Source: Psilocybe cubensis (taxonomy: Eukaryota). Taken from it: DNA of 64,000 nucleotides. A program made the position numbers and the translations under genes. The notes beneath the pieces were generated by a model that was not told where the DNA came from, ran no database searches, and saw only the letters and a list, made by a program, of their open reading frames with translations. Location of the stretch: NCBI GenBank assembly GCA_017499595.2, contig CM038998.1:3844001-3908000 (forward strand). Direction: 5' to 3'. Within the stretch, counting starts at the first letter, position 1. Every line of letters starts with the position of its first letter. Positions 41,432 to 54,218 of this stretch are shown in pieces.

Positions 41432-41643
41432 TTGACCTATGCGGGCCTTCATATGTAACTTAATTTTGTGCTTATATACGTGAACAATACATACGGGCGC
41501 TAATTTTAGCCGCCGTAAACTTCATGAAGGATCGTACGAGTTCTTCTAGCACTTTCTAAAGTTTAGAATTGAGGCCTACTTAATCGTACCTTCACCGTCT
41601 GAATGTTACGTTCGTTGATGAGATGAACTGGGATATTAATAAG

Positions 41644-42635
41644 CTAATTGGACCACAGCTCCATGTTATCCTGCAGGTATTGTTTGAGAGTGTGACTCCC
41701 TATAAATTTTCTTCCCTCTTCAGCGAGTTTTGGGTCGTTAAAGATAGCTTCTTCGCTTCCCTCCTGAATTCCTTTCTGATTCCCAGCAAGCGTCTTAGCT
41801 AGGTCCGGATGCAAACCAACTTTAGCATAGAAAGCTGTTTGCTCTTCAATAGTCAGCCGCTTGTAGACAATTGGTCGCCCGAGGAGGTCAGATAACAGTC
41901 TCGCTACCTAAAATATCATCAACACCGATGTATCTCGTGCCAATATTTCACCGTCGAGGGGACACTCAAACACTCACATCGGCGTATGAATAAAGGTCAG
42001 GGCCCACGACAAAAATGTCTTTATTGGGACTGACGTCTGCCGTCAAGGCCTCAAATGCAGCCTGCGCTACATCCTCAGTAGACACCCATGGTATACGACC
42101 ATCCTCTGTGGCTGAAAAGAACTGGTTGTGATATTTAATGCCAGGGACAAAAAAAGAACCGAAGTTCTCTGGATCAAGAGAATCAAAGTCAGAAGTAGAA
42201 AATCGGGTTTAGTTGGTCGAGAAACATACGCATAAATGTAGTTGGTCTTATGATAGCATAGTCCACCTTCTTGTCGAGAAGATATTGATGTACGACACTC
42301 GCCAAAATTGCTGAGCTGGATTGGGGGTTGAAGGTTGTTGCAGATAAGAGAACATAACGCTTGATTCCTTTGGCAATTGCAAAATCGATAAAAGATGTCA
42401 CAACAGACGATTTTATGCTTCCAGGAGGTCCTACAATGTATATGCGATCGATGGAGCTATCGCTCAAGGCACTTTCGTATGTGTTTGGCTCAAACCAATT
42501 AAATTTGACAGCACTGAAAGGTTTAGGTGCCTCTCCAGAACGAGATGCAATCACAACGGGGCGGTGTGCGTTTTGGAGAAGTTTGGCAAGGGCAAGTCCA
42601 GTATTTCCAGTTCCTCCTGTGATCAAAGTCGTCAT
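41644..42635 (-). CDS. NmrA-like NAD(P)-binding reductase (EasG/agroclavine dehydrogenase-like)
   Basis: TLITGGTGNTG, VVIASRSG, VKFNWF, IIRPTTFM|ENF, DGRIPWVSTEDVA, VVGPDLYSY. Confidence 0.8.
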
Positions 42636-43824
42636 TTTGGAAGCAACAAAGGGAAGAATGAGATGGTGGAGCATACTTGTGCGCTGAGGATATCTTCTTA
42701 TATACTGTGCATCCTTCTCGGATACCCGACCCTAAGGTCATATGAGCATTCAATGAAATGCCCCAGGCGACATTATCGGATAAAAAAATGCGTATCAATG
42801 AAATTACTGATGCATCATCGAATAAGCATGCCTCAAGGGGGCGTTTTTAGGTCAGGATGGTCAATGCACACCACATCTTTCCTGATGTTGGACCTGCCCA
42901 CAAGGCGGCTAACTTCGGAACCGTGGGAAATGTATTCGGAAATAAGGCGCGGACAACCGTTTGTTAACGTGAAGTTAATACCAAGTTGGCTCTTTTTACT
43001 TTTTACATCTCTGGCACATTGACATCCAGTGATGCTAGGTCCATGCTGGCAAAATTATGCGTTCGGATCTGATATGGGGACGTTAACTGCGGTAGGAAGC
43101 GACTGAATGTCGGGAGGAACTTGGGAGAAAACAAATGCAGTCCTCACTTGAGGGATATATAGACCGACTAAGTGGCAACTTCCGAGTCACTTGCGCTGTC
43201 AAACCTTTCAATGTTCATGCATGCCTCTCAAACTAATAGGTCACGACCAACTTCATTGATGATAATGCTCAGGGCGACGCACCCCAATTCTCCTGATGTG
43301 AATTCAATGTAATGGGACTGTCCGTTTTCGTGAGTCAAGAGGGATATAACATGCAGTAAGTTTGTTTGTTTGTTTGTTGAGAGCGTCTTGAAGAATTGAC
43401 ATGAAAGCTGGGCGCCAAGGTCGTCCACACCATCAGGAAGGACATGGGCGCTAACAAGGTAACTTAACAGTAAGTCAATTCAACGTCTTGATATGGAAGA
43501 TATTTGACGTAGTCGTTCATTTCAGCCATGGTGATATTCCTATGATTTAACGATGTATCACTGCAATTCAGGGAAACTGATCTTTTCGACTCTCACCAAT
43601 TAATATTTCACCTTGGCCAGACTTCATCGAAAGCTCAATCCCTCCCTACATAACCGCTTCACGCGCCATGGCCACTTTATCAAAACAATACACCTTTCTT
43701 GTATATACCAAAGATATCAACAATCAATTAGTACACTCAATCACGGCAAAATACAACCACAGCAAAATACGAATGCCCTTGATGTGGCTGCTTGAACTGC
43801 GGAAAATTCTCATTCAAAATGCCT

Positions 43825-46034
43825 TTAGTGGTCTACCTCCACGCTATCTCGAATTAATTGCTCTGCAGAAGAGGTCCTCGGCTCGATCCTACATTTAAAA
43901 GGTGCCGGATATCTAAAGAAAAGATGTTTGACGGACTCAGCACCTCGCTTATGCAACAATTGGGAGAGATTTACGAAAGAAAGCCGCCCGTGAATTTGGG
44001 CTCAAGCTTTACAGTATTCCCAAACTCATCGATGGGTGGCTTGATATTGTACACGGACAGTACGGAAGAGACAATCAGAAACAAAGAGTTGTCGCTCAGG
44101 TGCCTTCCGGGACAGATACTGTTAGGGACATTGAGTGTGGTCTGAAATCATATGAAAAGAGTTTTTTTATGACTCACCGACGTCCATGGCCAAACGCTGC
44201 ACAGTCGGGACTTCTTACGCTGGGATCTAGTTTGCCGTCCTTCAAATATCGATCAGGGTCAAACGTCATTGGCTCAGAAAACACCTCCGGGTCGTGCAGG
44301 ATGCTCCTATGTCAGAATGTTATCTCGCTTTGCTGCAAGTCTGTGGTCTCTAAAATTAACGCACCACCCGTTTGCCATTACCACCGTGCCCCTTGGAATA
44401 AAATATCCGTCATACTCGTCGTCATCAGTAGCCATATGACCTATAGCTAGGAGGCGATTAGAAAATTTATTCTTTAAGGTAGAACGGAAATAAATTACAC
44501 AAGGGTAATACCTGATTCCAACGCATGCTTTCTTTAACTATGGCATTGATATATGGCAATGATTTGCGGTCGCTGAAGTCTGGAAGACGATGGGCGCCAA
44601 CTACGGCGTCCAGCTCTGCTTGCGCCTTCCGCTGTGCATCCGGGCACACCGCCATTGCCAAGAAAAACGACTGCACTGTTGAGAATGTCTAAAGTAGCGT
44701 TGAATAAAATTTCAACTACTCCAAGACATAGCTCGCTACTAACCGTGTCTGCTCCAGCTGTTGCACGATACACTGAATCAGATTTCAAATATTGGGATCA
44801 AAAGGAAGAATAAATACCAATATATGCCACTGCTGCCGTGTGCTGAGCAATTTTTCTTTCCTCAGAATAGAGAGGATCATTCTTGTCAGGTAGACGGCTA
44901 ATTAGCGATGTTGTCACTGAGGGTACCACTACCCTATCGTTTCTCTGTTCACAAATCTTGTGATTAATGCTTGCCGGTTACACCAATGAAGAAATATGCT
45001 CCTACAAGTTCGTTTTCAATATATTCGAAAGGTTTGTTGATAACGTCGTCGTTGATTTTGCTCCAGTATGCAGCCTTCTTTTTGAATCCAGCCCCCGGAA
45101 ACCAGGCAGGGACATGGAGCAAAGCAGGAATCAGGTCGACTAGGAATGAACCTGGAAGACCTGCCTCCACAATGCCCTCGAGAGCCTTTTCTGCATTTGA
45201 TACGTATGCATCGGAGGGGTCCTCAACGGTGATACCATATGCTACGTTCATAATGATAGATGCAAATGTGCTATTGAAATTCAGCAACCAAGGTAATGAA
45301 TCTAAGTGGTGAAAGTTTCTTACTGCCGTATGTGATGAATAAAATTCTCTGGAGATCCTAGAAGACGGAAAAGAAAGCTGCGAACTTCCCGTTGTTGAAT
45401 AGGCTGATACTTGTAAACAATGTTGCGATGGAAATGTTCATTAAATGCTTTTCTGTGGCGTCTCCACCATTTCCCATAGGGGAGGAGCGCCATACTGAAT
45501 CCCCAGTTCATCCTGTTGACAAATGTCAGTGACGATTTACAGCATCATAAAACTTAAGCGAACAATCCAAGAAGCATTGGCATGGACATTCTGTCTGAGT
45601 AGTTTGAAGATCGCTTGTCAAGAAGGTCATTCACTCGCTCTAGAGATCCTAGGAGCAGCAGCGGTTGACCGAGGACTTCGATGTATATAATATTCCCTGA
45701 AAAGTAAGAGGTAAATATTAATAAGTGACAATCACTAATAGCGACATGACAGCTGCATACCATATTTTTTAAACCATTGATGGTATACAACATGCGGGCT
45801 ATCTACCGGTGGAGGAACATCAAAGAGATTTCCGATGATTGGGTAACCTTTTGGCCCGGGAGGCAGAGGAAGATTTTTGGGGTTGCGCTTGCGAATGCGA
45901 GAACTATTCAAAATAGCCCTCACGGCAAGCACATATCCCAGGGCAAGCACAATTGATGTATACAGTGGATGGTGAGCTAGTCCTGCATATACTGTGGACA
46001 GTAGAGTCATCGGAGTTGGAGAAATGTTTGCCAT
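43825..46034 (-). CDS. Cytochrome P450, tandem copy 1
   Basis: [19 protein letters not shown]-helix, KESMRW (ExxR), FGHGRR|ICPGRHL heme motif. Confidence 0.95.
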
Positions 46035-47932
46035 CGTCCATTAAATTGCTTTTATGAGCCATTCTCGAGTTCTCTTTCACATGATCGATCTGATGATCCA
46101 TGAGTTAAGTTGACAGTGAGGAGTGTTTCCATTCATTTATTTCTTGTGTTTTGGCTCAGTAGACCGGCCGTACCCCACTGAATTTGTGCGACGACAAGGT
46201 GGTGCTCCTATGATGCCAGCAGTACGTGATAGTGAGTTTCTTCAATTACTGTTAATATAGAAAAGTTAAACTGATTTTCTTGGGAATTTTTCATCATAAT
46301 TTGAATACTTGAGAGAACGTAGGGGACATGTGTTCAAAACCATACCACACCTGTTCTGTTTCCAAAGACGGGTGGTATATTCATATAGAAACGCGGCACC
46401 ATAGTGGCATGTTGGCAGGTGTAAGAAGCCAAGCATAGCCTGTGCAACCGGCTGCTGTCAACTATAAAAAGTGAATAAGTTGACGTGTTGAATACTCAAT
46501 AATAGGAAACACCATATACAAGAGTACAAGGCGACTGGGAGATGGGACCATTTGGATGCCCCTGTCTTTCTCCACGCTCGTTCCTATTTCCTTTACGCTT
46601 CCCCATCACCTCTCTTTGCATCGCTGTTCTTAAGGTTTAATATTGATTTATTATACTCCTTAAGTCGCATTACTCCTTTTCAGCGGAAGACCTCAGCGTT
46701 GTCTGCGTTATCTCTGAGGTGCAGCGAATCGTTAATGAGCAAGGAAAATTGAAATATACGGGGGTATTATGGCGTGGCATGGCATCGAACCAGGCCTATC
46801 CTTGCCCCATCGTGTCCTGTCGTGTAATCATACCCAATTAGCGAGAAGAGACCGGAAACCATTGTTAAATACCTTCTATGATGTGTACACTGACTTCACA
46901 ACTTCTAAATATTGGAAGAGAATTAATGTTGTGTTGCGCCTTGTTTGAAAGTAGTCCAAGAAACTGAGCCAGAAATATAAACTACAATGCATTCTATCAC
47001 CGAACGCGTAACACACGGGCAAGGGACATCATGCCATATAGATTACCCTGTTGATCACCACAGGTACACTATAGCATGCCTCCGAGGCGAAACGTGATAT
47101 TGTAACTGCAGTCTGCTAATTTTTCTAGGGCTCAGCAGTGCAATTGACCGGACCGGATTCTGAAGCAAGAATGACAGTAAGCGCGCACGACACTACGGTT
47201 GGGGATTACATACCTCTTATATTCCCAGCTGCTTTCCTGTACCACTTTTTCTAGCACTGGTGGAGCGTTTTGCAGAGCACAGTTGCACCCTAATCGTAGT
47301 ATCATGCGATGTGTGTGGCCATAAATGCAGCAAAGTTAAATGCACAGTGGGTTGTGGTAACCATTACACATGCTGGGCAAGGCGATTAGTTTCAACAGCA
47401 GCGCCAAATTTTCAGCGTTGACAACGAGGGGTGAAGATGGTGAATATAGAAGGCATAATGAGACAAGATGTGACAGTGAGACAATGGTAACAGCGGTTGA
47501 ACTGTTAGCAAGAGACACAGACGTTGCAGTAAGGGAGTGCCAAAGATGAGGTAATCTCGGCTGGAGATGTTCAAGAGTGTTCCGGCGGAGAACAAATTTT
47601 AGGCTAGGCGGTGTCGGAATCACAAAAGATGCCGAAGCTTGCAAAGTTGCGCCGAGGGAGATGGATTGAATGGATGGCACGCGAGCCTAAGTAGTGAAAA
47701 TTCCTTACTGCTCAGTGCTATTGGTTTCTAGGCTGATCCAACTGTTCTCCTAAAAAAACATTCCTTACGGGTTGAAGATTTGAACCTGTGGATTCATTTG
47801 GCGCCTTAATACAGAATGGATTTTTTTTTGCATGGGTAAGGACTCCGAGGCGTAACAAGCATAAAACTATTGCTCTGGCTTGACCATATCATCAGTACAT
47901 ATGCTACTCCCACTGGTTGAAAATTGGCAGTA

Positions 47933-50146
47933 TCATCCTGAAAGGTCTTCCTCTACACAATCTCGAATCAATTTTTCAGCTGTCGAGCTTCTGGGTTCGA
48001 TCCTGCATTGAAAAGGGACTGGATATCTGGAGTGAAAGCAGTTTGCAAAACTCAGTACCCTATAATTCTACTGCATTGTGAGAATGGCTTACGAGAGAAA
48101 ACCACCGGCAAAGTTTGGTTTGAGTTGTATAGGATTCCCATGCTCATCTAAAGGTGGCTTGATATTGTATACCGACAATACAGAAGAGACAATCAAGTAC
48201 AAAGAATTGTCACTTAGATGTCTTCCTGGATATATGCTAACATAATAGGCATCAGCGTATACCCAAATCATACGGATTAATCAATTTCACTACTAACCGA
48301 CGTCCATAGCCAAACGCAGCGCAGTCAGGGCTTCTAACGCTGGGATCCAGTTTGCCGTTTTTCAAGTACCGTTCAGGTTTGTATTTCATTGGCTCAGAGA
48401 AAACCTCTGGGTCGTGCAAAATGCTCCTATATTAAAATGTTATTTCACCTTATTGTAAGTTAGAGTCTATAAGACAGACATACCACCCATTGGCCATTAC
48501 CACGGTACCTCGTGGAATAAAATATCCATCATACTCGTCGTCTTCGGTAGCCATATGACCTATAGCTAATAAACCGTTTGAAATATTATGCTCCGAAATT
48601 AATCAGTGTGGAACATAAAATACCTAAGGGTAAGACCTGGTTCCAACGCATGCTTTCTTTGATAACGGCATTGATGTATGGCAATGAGTCCCGGTCACTA
48701 AAGTCTGGCAGACGATGTGACCCAACTACGGCGTCCAGCTCGGCTTGCGCATTTCGTTGTGCATCCGGGTACATTGCCATGGCCAAAAAAAATGACTGCA
48801 CAGTAGAGACAGTCTAAAGCAAGGGTTTGATTAATTCAATTGCTTCGCTTTGTCAAACTGCTTAGCACCTACAGTGTCGGCTCCACCTGGTACACAAAAC
48901 AAATCAGATTTGAAAATGCTTTTTAAGAGAGGGATATGTACCAATATATGCAACGGCCGTCGTGTGCTTGGCAATCTGTCTTTCTTCAGAGTAAAGAGGA
49001 TCACTCTTGTCAGGCAGGTGGCTAATTAGCGATGTTGTCACTGAGGGTACTACCACTCTATTATGTTTCTACCCAGATTGTATTCAACACTTTTTTGAGA
49101 GAAAATAAAAAAAAAAAACATTACTCTTACAAGTTCATTTTCAATGTATTCAAACGGCTTATTAATGACATCGTCGTTGATTTTGCTCCAGTATGCGGCC
49201 TTCTTTTTGAATCCAGCTCCAGGGAACCAGGCCGGAACGTAGAGCAAAGCAGGAATAAGGTCGACTAGAAATGCACCTGGAATCCCTGCCTCTACAACGC
49301 CTTGGAGTGCTTTTTCTGCATTTGATATGTACGGATCGGACGAATCTTTAACAGTGATGCCATATGCTACGCCCATAATGATTGATGATAATGCACTATA
49401 ACAGATTCAGCAACCAGAGTGATGAATGCAAGTTATTAAAGTGACTTACTGTCGTATATGATGCATAAAATTGTCGGGTGAAACTAGAAGTCGATGAAGA
49501 AACACCCGAATTTCGCGTATCTGAGTTGGATGGTATATGTGAACTATGTTTTGATGGAAATGCTCATTGAACGCCTTTCTGTGGCGTCTCCACCATTGCC
49601 CGTAAGGAAGAAATGCCATGTTGTAACCCCAATTCATCCTGTTAACGGGTGTTAACAATATTGAAAAAAATCATTCTCAGCATTGCCTACAGCTCAAGAA
49701 TCATGGGCATGCGCATTCTGTCTGAATAGTTTGAAGATCGCTTATCGAGGAGGTCATTTGCTCGTTGTAAAGATCCTAGGATCAAAAGCGATTGACCGAG
49801 GACCTCAACATATATCATATCACCTGTAGTAAAAAGCAATAGTTAAATGGTGTTAATCACCAGCAGTGATATAGCGACTGTAAAAGTACATCATACCGTA
49901 TTTTTTGAACCATTGGTCATACACAATATGTGGGTTATTGACTGGTTGAGGAACGTCGAAGAGATTTCCGATTATAGGGTATCCTTTGGGTCCGGGAGGT
50001 AGCGGAAGATTATTGGGGTTGCGCTTGCGGGATTTATTCCAGACACCCCTTACAACAAACACATACCCCAGCGCAGCAGCAATTAAAGTATACAGTGGAT
50101 GGGCTAATAGCCTCGCAGACACCGTGGACAGCAAATCCAAGGGCAT
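47933..50146 (-). CDS. Cytochrome P450, tandem copy 2
   Basis: Same exon structure and motifs as copy 1 (ESMRW, FGYGR..CPG region). Confidence 0.93.
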
Positions 50147-50789
50147 TGCAGGCCTTAAACTGTTGAACCGGTTCCGTTTATGTTTAATTCCCTTCAGTGC
50201 TCGTCCTCAAGCTATTATATAATGAAAAAAATTCCCATTTGTTTAAAAATCCTTTTCTGATATTCTTGGATTGGTGGAATCTCACATGCATGCGAAAAAG
50301 GTGTCTGAAGGCTAAGGGGCCAACTTCCATTGTCCAAGTATACCCGCAGCTGTTCAAAATAGGGTGTTAAACTGATCACTGATAGTAGCATAATATCTCA
50401 CGTCAAAGGTACCGGAAGGAACATGGCATGATTCTGACTGTCTGAATGAATGGTGAGACTGGGCAACTAAATCATGGGGAAATTAAAAAAGATCGTACTT
50501 CAGGTTCGCGAGCTGCAGTGACAAACCTCCTTTGGATGCCCTACCAGAAACAAGCAACCCCTTCAAATACCGCTCCTCAAGTGATGAGGACTACAGCTGC
50601 GTTTTGAACTTGTCAAAACTCGAGCACATACTAATAAATGGCCAAGAACGGGAGGCTACGTCTTCTTCCCTCGAGAAGTTCAACTCCACCAACGATATAC
50701 AGTGATGTTATTTTAATATCCAAAGTGCACAGCCGGTGTCAGGCAATGTCTAATGAGAACACTGTGGCGTTTATAATTCAGCAACAAAA

Positions 50790-51032
50790 AAAACTACGGA
50801 GAACCCCTACCTGTGCCATCAGGATCGAGCGCCAACTGTCTCTCCCAGAGGGTGTCATTAACGGAGTTATTCCCACAATTGAGTTATTCCCACAATTCGG
50901 TTTAATCACTTGCAATCGAAAGATTCATATATAAATATGAACGCAATATACCGCCGCCCATACCGAGCCACTTCGTCGCTTCCTCGGAGTCCTTGAACTC
51001 GAAGGGTACGATAAGAACAAAAAACGCTTGAT
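50790..51032 (-). pseudogene. Decayed fragment of the 3' exons of the NCS1 permease
   Basis: CCCATACCGAGCCACTTC..GGAGTCCTTG (50957-50995) matches 57841-57879; CGGTTTAATCACTT and ACTGTCTCTCC are also shared in the same order. Confidence 0.75.
50864..50897. repeat. Perfect 17-nt tandem duplication GAGTTATTCCCACAATT x2
   Basis: Read directly at 50864-50880 and 50881-50897. Confidence 0.9.
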
Positions 51033-51432
51033 TTGAAGACCTCCCACATTGTATACTGTGATGCTTTGCTAAGTTGTCACAATCTCAACCATCCTGTGAG
51101 GAGCACATCACTTTCAGCACTCCAGAACACCGATTTATCGATACCAAGTAACAACATCTAAAAACAACACCTTACCTCGACTTGTCTTCTGCAATTATCG
51201 TCTTCTTTGCTGTGGCTGCCTGGGGAACATCACTTATTACATCACATACAAACAGTGATCCACCACGACTCAGTAATATTGGCAACATCTATGATTAAGA
51301 GATGAACAGAAGAAGACTGTAACAAAATCCATTGAAAAACATATCATCACCTCTGACTTGACCACATGGAGGGTGCAAACGCTACATCGTGACTAAAAAT
51401 GCCCCTCTGCTAACAGGGTTGTTCGAAAAGCA

Positions 51433-53632
51433 TCAGTGGTTGTGCTCCACATGATCATGGATTGATTGCTCTGCCGATTTGTTTCTAGGTTCAATTCTGC
51501 ATTTGAATGGGGCCGGATATCTATTATCAGACATTTGGGAGTGAGAACAATGGATTCACGATTGGTAGTGTGAAAGTCGCTTACGAGAGAAAACCACTGG
51601 TGAACTCGGCTTCAAGTTTTAGAGGGTTCCCTAATTCGTCGATGGGCGGTTTTATGTTGTACACTGACAATACGGAAGCTATAATCAAGTATAATGAATC
51701 GTCGCTCAAATGTCTTCCAGGACATATACTACATATTATGAGCATTAGGGTATTTCGAAGCAATGAAGCTGATATATCACATTCCTACTTACCGACGTCC
51801 GTATCCAAAGGCTGCACACTCTGGTTGCCTTGCATTGGGATCCAGTTTTCCATCTTTCAAGTATCGCTCCGGCACATACTCCATTGGATTAGAAAACACT
51901 TCTGGGTCATGCAAAATAGACCTATGACAGAATGTCCATTGATGTTACTGTAAGATACTACGTGGATCGACGTACCAACTGTTCCCCAATACCACTGGCA
52001 CCGTCCCTTGAGGAATAAAATATCCATCATATTCATCGTCCACCGTAGACATATGGCCAATAGCTGTTATCTTATCAGGAAGGTTACGCTATTGACTCGA
52101 CGCGGGCAGAAACGATACCTAAGGGTGCAACCTGGTTCCAGCGCATGCTTTCTTTTACCACTGCATTTATGTATGGTAGTGAATCACGATCACTGAAGTC
52201 TGGCAGACGATGGGGACCGACTACAATGTCCAGTTCTGCTTGAGCCTTTCTCTGTACCTCAGGGTACAGTGCCATGGCCAAAAAGAAGGTCTGTGCGGTA
52301 GATACGGTCTAAAGGATGGGTTAGATTGAATTTTCCGTTGCACCTTGTCATCCTCGCTTGGTACCTACAGTGTCTGCTCCACCTGGTGTATAATTTGAAT
52401 TACAATTCAATGAATACTAGCTCTCCAAAAAGGGGGGACATACCAATATATGCTACTGCGGCCGTGTTCTGGGCAATTTGCCTTTCCTCGGAATAGAGAG
52501 GATCTCTCTTTTCAGGCAGTCGTTCAATGAGTGATGTTGCTACCGATGGAACCAATGCTTTGCCATTTTTCTGTCCACATCATCTTTTAGCAATTCCTGA
52601 TCAGATAAAAGTGAAAATTGCTCCTACAAGTTCGTTTTCGATATATTCAAACGGCTTGTTGATGACATCATCATTGATCTTGCTCCAGTAAGCAGCTTTC
52701 TTTTTGAAACCGGCTCCGGGGAACCAGGCCGGAACGTAGAGCAAAGCAGGAATCAAATCAACTAGGAATGCACCAGGGATTGCTGCTTCCACAAGGCCAT
52801 TTAGTGCCTCTTCTGCATTGGATATGTATGGATCGGACGAGTCTTCGACGGTGATACCGTAGGCTACACTCATGATGGTAGAGGCAAAAGTGCTAAAAAG
52901 CGATTTACATTTAAGGTATCAGATTACTGATCACTGACTTACTGCCGTAAGTGATGCATAAAGCCCTCTGGTGATATAAGAAGGCGGTTAAGCAAAGCTC
53001 GAACTTCGCGTAGCTGGATTGGATGGTACTTGTTGACAATGTTGTGATGGAAGTGCTCATTGAATGCCTTTCTGTGGCGTCGCCACCATTGTCCGTAGGG
53101 AAGAAACGCCATGTCGTAACCCCAATTCATCCTGTATTCCTGTCAGTGACCAGAACTGCCTTGCAGAAAGTTTCAAATCAGACTTGCAACTCAAGTATCA
53201 TAGGCATGCGCATTCTATCCGAGTAGTTTGAAGATCTCTTATCGAGAAGGTCAGTCGTTCGCTGCAATGACCCCAGGACCAGAAACGATTGACCGAGGAC
53301 TTTGAAATAAATCATATCACCTGAAAAAGAATAGCAAGTGATTAGTCGAAATTCCTAATAGCAACGTAGTGATAACGGATATGAATCTTACCATACTTTC
53401 TGGACCACTGATCGTATACAATCCACGGTTTATCCTTCGGCTGAGGGACATCGAAGAGGTTTCCGATTATGGGATATCCTTTGGGTCCGGGAGGTAAAGG
53501 AAGATTCTTAGGATTGCGCTTTCGGGTTCCACTTCTAATAGCCTGCATAGCTAATCCATACCCTAGCACAGCTGCAATAAAAGTGTACAAAGGATGTGCC
53601 GCTAGACTCGCAGATAGCGATTGGAACGACAT
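51433..53632 (-). CDS. Cytochrome P450, tandem copy 3
   Basis: [38 protein letters not shown]. Confidence 0.95.
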
Positions 53633-54218
53633 GGCAATAAGGGAGAAAGCTGTCAAATCTCGTCCTACAACCGGTTGCATTTATGATCGATTCGCTTTCA
53701 TATTGACTCGTATTTCACAGGCTAGATTGTCGATGGAAAATGTTCCTATTCATTTTGTTATCCCACATTCGTGCGATAATGGAGTGGTAGCAGGTTAGGG
53801 AGCCGAGCATGCCCCAAGGGATGTTTCCCACCATCTAGGATTGAATAATTACCAGTAGAAGCGGTAGGGACGGGAAGCTGGGTTGAGTACATGACCGCGG
53901 AAGGTTGACAATTTAATGCGACCCCACACCCAGAATTTAAACCCCGCTTTAAAACCCAGGTCTTGATATCCGACATAAACTGAACGCCAATAGTAGGTGC
54001 GCATAGCCACTAACATATTATTTGCAGACAGAGCTTTAGAATTTCCATGACACCATTGCATGATGATACAGGAGACCTTTATGAACAAAATTCCACAAGC
54101 GAAAAAGAAAGCCACCATCGAAAAGCATGATATCGCTACTGCTCTGACCAGCGGACCACACTGGCTATCACCATCCTTGTGATACACCTAGCCAACAATC
54201 AAGTCACTCGCCAAATGT

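Noticed and set aside
47164-47421. Cys-rich frame (CDVCGHKCSKVKCTVGCGNHYTC) between P450 copies 1 and 2
   Set aside because: No ATG start, terminal repeats or recognisable transposase context; cannot support a mobile-element call.
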